The notes under the pieces were generated by a model. That model was not told the origin of the DNA, ran no database searches, and saw only the letters and a program-made list of their open reading frames with translations. Source: Squalus acanthias (taxonomy: Eukaryota). From it: a stretch of DNA of 64,000 nucleotides. Position numbers and translations under genes: made by a program. The DNA lies in contig JASTWF010000330.1 of assembly GCA_030390025.1 (NCBI GenBank), positions 372,001 to 436,000 on the forward strand, in the 5' to 3' direction. Of this stretch, positions 61,496-64,000 are shown one piece after another (position 1 is the stretch's first letter; every line of letters starts with the position of its first letter).

Positions 61496-64000
61496 CTGTA
61501 ATAAAGGAAGAGAGAGATTGGAGAGTGGAGGAGTGAAGAACACCAGAAGAGGTCACCAGACTGGGACTAGAGCTCGAGAATATCAGACACCAGTCTTTAT
61601 ATAACCCAGAATCACCCAATCCAACTCCCCTCAGGAACTGTGTCCCACTCCCCTCAGGAACTGTGTCACACTCCCCTCAGGAACTGTGATCCACTCCGCT
61701 CAGGAACTATGTCCCACTACCCATGGAACTGCGTCCCACTCCCCTCAGGAACTGTGTCCCACTCCCCTCAGCAACTGTGTCCCACTCCCCTCAGGAACTG
61801 TGTCCCACCCCCCTCAGGAACTGTCTCACACTCCCCTCAGTTACTGTGTCCCACTCCCCTCAGGAACTGTGTCTCACTCCCCTCGGGAACAATGTCCAAC
61901 TCCCCTCAGGAACTGTGTCCCACTCCCCTCAGGAACTGTGTCCCACGCCCCTCAGGAACTGTGTCTCACTCACCTCAGGAACTGTGTCCCACTCCCCTCA
62001 GGAACTGTGTCCCACTCCCCTCAGGAACTGTGTCCCACTCCCCTCAGGAACTGTGTCCCACTCCCCTCAGGAACTGTGTCCCACTCCCCTCAGGAACTGT
62101 GTCCCACTCCCCTCAGGAACTGTGTCCCACTCCCCTCAGGAACTGTGTCCCACTCCCCTCAGGAACTGTGTCCCACTCCCCTCAGGAACTGTGTCCCACT
62201 CCCCTCAGGAACTGTGTCCCACTCCCCTCAGGAACTGTGTCCCACTCCCCTCAGGAACTGTGTCCCACTCCCCTCAGGAACTGTGTCCCACTCCCCTCAG
62301 GAACTGTGTCCCGTCCCCTCAGGAACTGTGTCCCACTCCCCTCAGGAACTGTGTCCCACTCCCCTCAGGAACTGTGTCCCACTCCCCTCAGGAACTGTGT
62401 CCCACTCCCCTCAGGAACTGTGTCCCACTCCCCTCAGGAACTGTGTCCACTCTCCTCAGGAACTGTGTCCCACTCCCCTCAGGAACTGTGTCCCACTCCC
62501 CTCAGGAACTGTGTCCCACTCCCCTCAGGAACTGTGTCCCCCTCCCCTCAGGAACTGTGTCCCACTCCCCTCAGGAACTGTGTCCCACTCCCCTCAGGAA
62601 CTGTGTCCCACTCCCCTCAGGAACTGTGTCCCACTCCTCTCAGGAACTGAGTCCCACTCCCCTCAGGAACTGTGTTCCACTCTCCTCAGGAACTGTGTCC
62701 ACTCCCCTCAGGAACTGTGTCCCACTCCCCTCAGGAACTGTGTCCCACTCCCCTCAGGAACTGTGTCCCACTCCCTCAGGAACTGTGTCCCACTCCCCTC
62801 AGGAACTGTGACCTCTCTCCTCAGGAACTGTGTCCACTCCCCTCAGGAACTGTGTCCCACTCCCCTCAGGAACTGTGTCCCACTCCCCTCAGGAACTGTG
62901 TCCCACTCCCCTCAGGAACTGTGTCCCACTCCCCTCAGGAACTGTGTCCCACTCCCCTCAGGAACTGTGTCCACTCCCCTCAGGTTCTGCGACTTACTCC
63001 CCTCAGGAACTGTGTCCCTCTCCCCTCAGGAACTGTGTCCCCCTCCCCTCAGGAACTGTGTCCACTCCCCTCAGGAACTGTGTCCCACTCCCCTCAGGAA
63101 CTGTGTCCCACTCCCCTCAGGAACTGTGTCCCTCTCCCCTCAGGAACTGTGTCCCCCTCCCCTCAGGAACTGCGTCCCACTCCCCTCAGAAACTGCGTCA
63201 CACTCCCCTCAGGAACTGTGTCCCACTCCCCTCAGGAACTGTGTCCCTCTCCCTCAGTCTCCACGTACCACTTCCCTCAGTCTCCTCATCCCACTCAACT
63301 CAGACACCTCATCCAACTCTACTCAGAGTCCTCATCCCACTCCCCTCAGACCCCTCATGCCACTCTCCTCAGTCTCCTCATCCCTCTCCCCTCAGTCTCC
63401 TCATCCCTCTCCCCTCAGTCTCCTCATCCCACTCCCCTCAGTCTCCTCATTACACTCCCCTCAGTCTCCTCATTCCACTCCCCGCAGTCTCCTCATCCCA
63501 CTCCCCTCAGTCTCCTCATCACACTCAACTCAGACACCTCATCCCACTCCACTCAGAGTCCTCATCCCACTCCCATCAGACCCCTCATCCCACTCCCCTC
63601 AGTCTCCTCATCCCACTCCCCTCAGTCCCCTCATCCCCATCCGATCAGTCTCCTCATCCCACTCCCCTCAGTCTCCTCATCCCACTCCCCTCTGTCTCCT
63701 CATCCCCTTCCGCTCAGTCTCCTCATCCCACTCCCCTCAGTCTCCTCTTCCCACTCACCTCAGTCTCCTCATCCCACTCCCCTCAGTCTCCTCATCCCAC
63801 TCCCCTCAGTCTCCTCATCCCCATCCGCTCAGTCTCCTCATCACACTCCCCTCTGTCTCCTCATTCCCATCCGCTCAGTCTCCTCATCCCACTCCCCTCA
63901 GTCTCCTCATCCCACTCCCCTCAGTCTCCTCATCCCACTCCCCTCAGTCTCCTCATCGCCATCCGCTCAGTCTCCTCATCCCACTCCCCTCAGTCTCCTC

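Larger units (their letters stand above)
35543..64000. repeat. The same two 23-bp minisatellites in reverse complement, filling the B-array introns
   Basis: AGGAACTGTGTCCCACTCCCCTC (unit 2, dominant) and AGTCTCCTCATCCCACTCCCCTC (unit 1, for example 59500-61290 and 63250-64000). Confidence 0.97.

Noticed and set aside
16530..61619. Recurrent 84-94 aa ORFs over each unit (MSGIVIGSS..., MFFTPPLSNL...)
   Set aside because: They begin at GTG/TTG or incidental codons in intron flanks and are mostly in the wrong frame. Only the 96-bp AG/GT segment keeps constant length and phase.
35502..62811. Giant + strand ORFs up to 2068 aa (SPQELCPTPLRNCVPLPSGTVSH)
   Set aside because: They come from stop-free 23/22-bp satellite open in all three frames, with no frame preservation. 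They are not keratin-associated or SPRR-like genes.
13900..64000. Immunoglobulin switch-like or V(D)J-type rearranging locus
   Set aside because: The repeats are G-rich, but AGCT motifs are only sporadic, there are no Ig domains, and no heptamer-spacer-nonamer signals were seen. CACAGTT in unit 2 is only heptamer-like and has no nonamer.

Overview
Eukaryotic, repeat-dominated DNA, most likely from a cartilaginous fish (inferred from CR1-clade LINEs, a Deu-domain SINE and a V-domain SINE resembling shark families). Almost all long ORFs in the supplied track are artefacts of stop-free satellites. The real coding content is a hidden spliced gene. Three + strand exons (279-423, 7931-8007, 8101-8265) splice in frame into a uromodulin/GP2/OIT3-type D8C/D10C cysteine-rich domain. 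They are followed by an array of 96-bp, phase 1-1, AG/GT-bounded exons, each encoding a 32-aa Ser/Thr/Pro/Glu-rich mucin-like unit. There are 12 complete copies plus 1 gap-truncated copy on + (type A, 16.6-34.8 kb), a LINE-disrupted unit at 12.9-13.8 kb, and 8 complete copies on - after a 500-N gap (type B, 35.3-61.5 kb). The introns are filled with G/purine-rich satellites: a 49-bp array of about 7.2 kb and two related 23-bp units, one expanded to about 15 kb. One intron holds a SINE<LINE<LINE nest. The signal-peptide exon and the 3' end of the gene are not visible, and the orientation flip at the gap may be a scaffolding error or a second, convergent paralogue.
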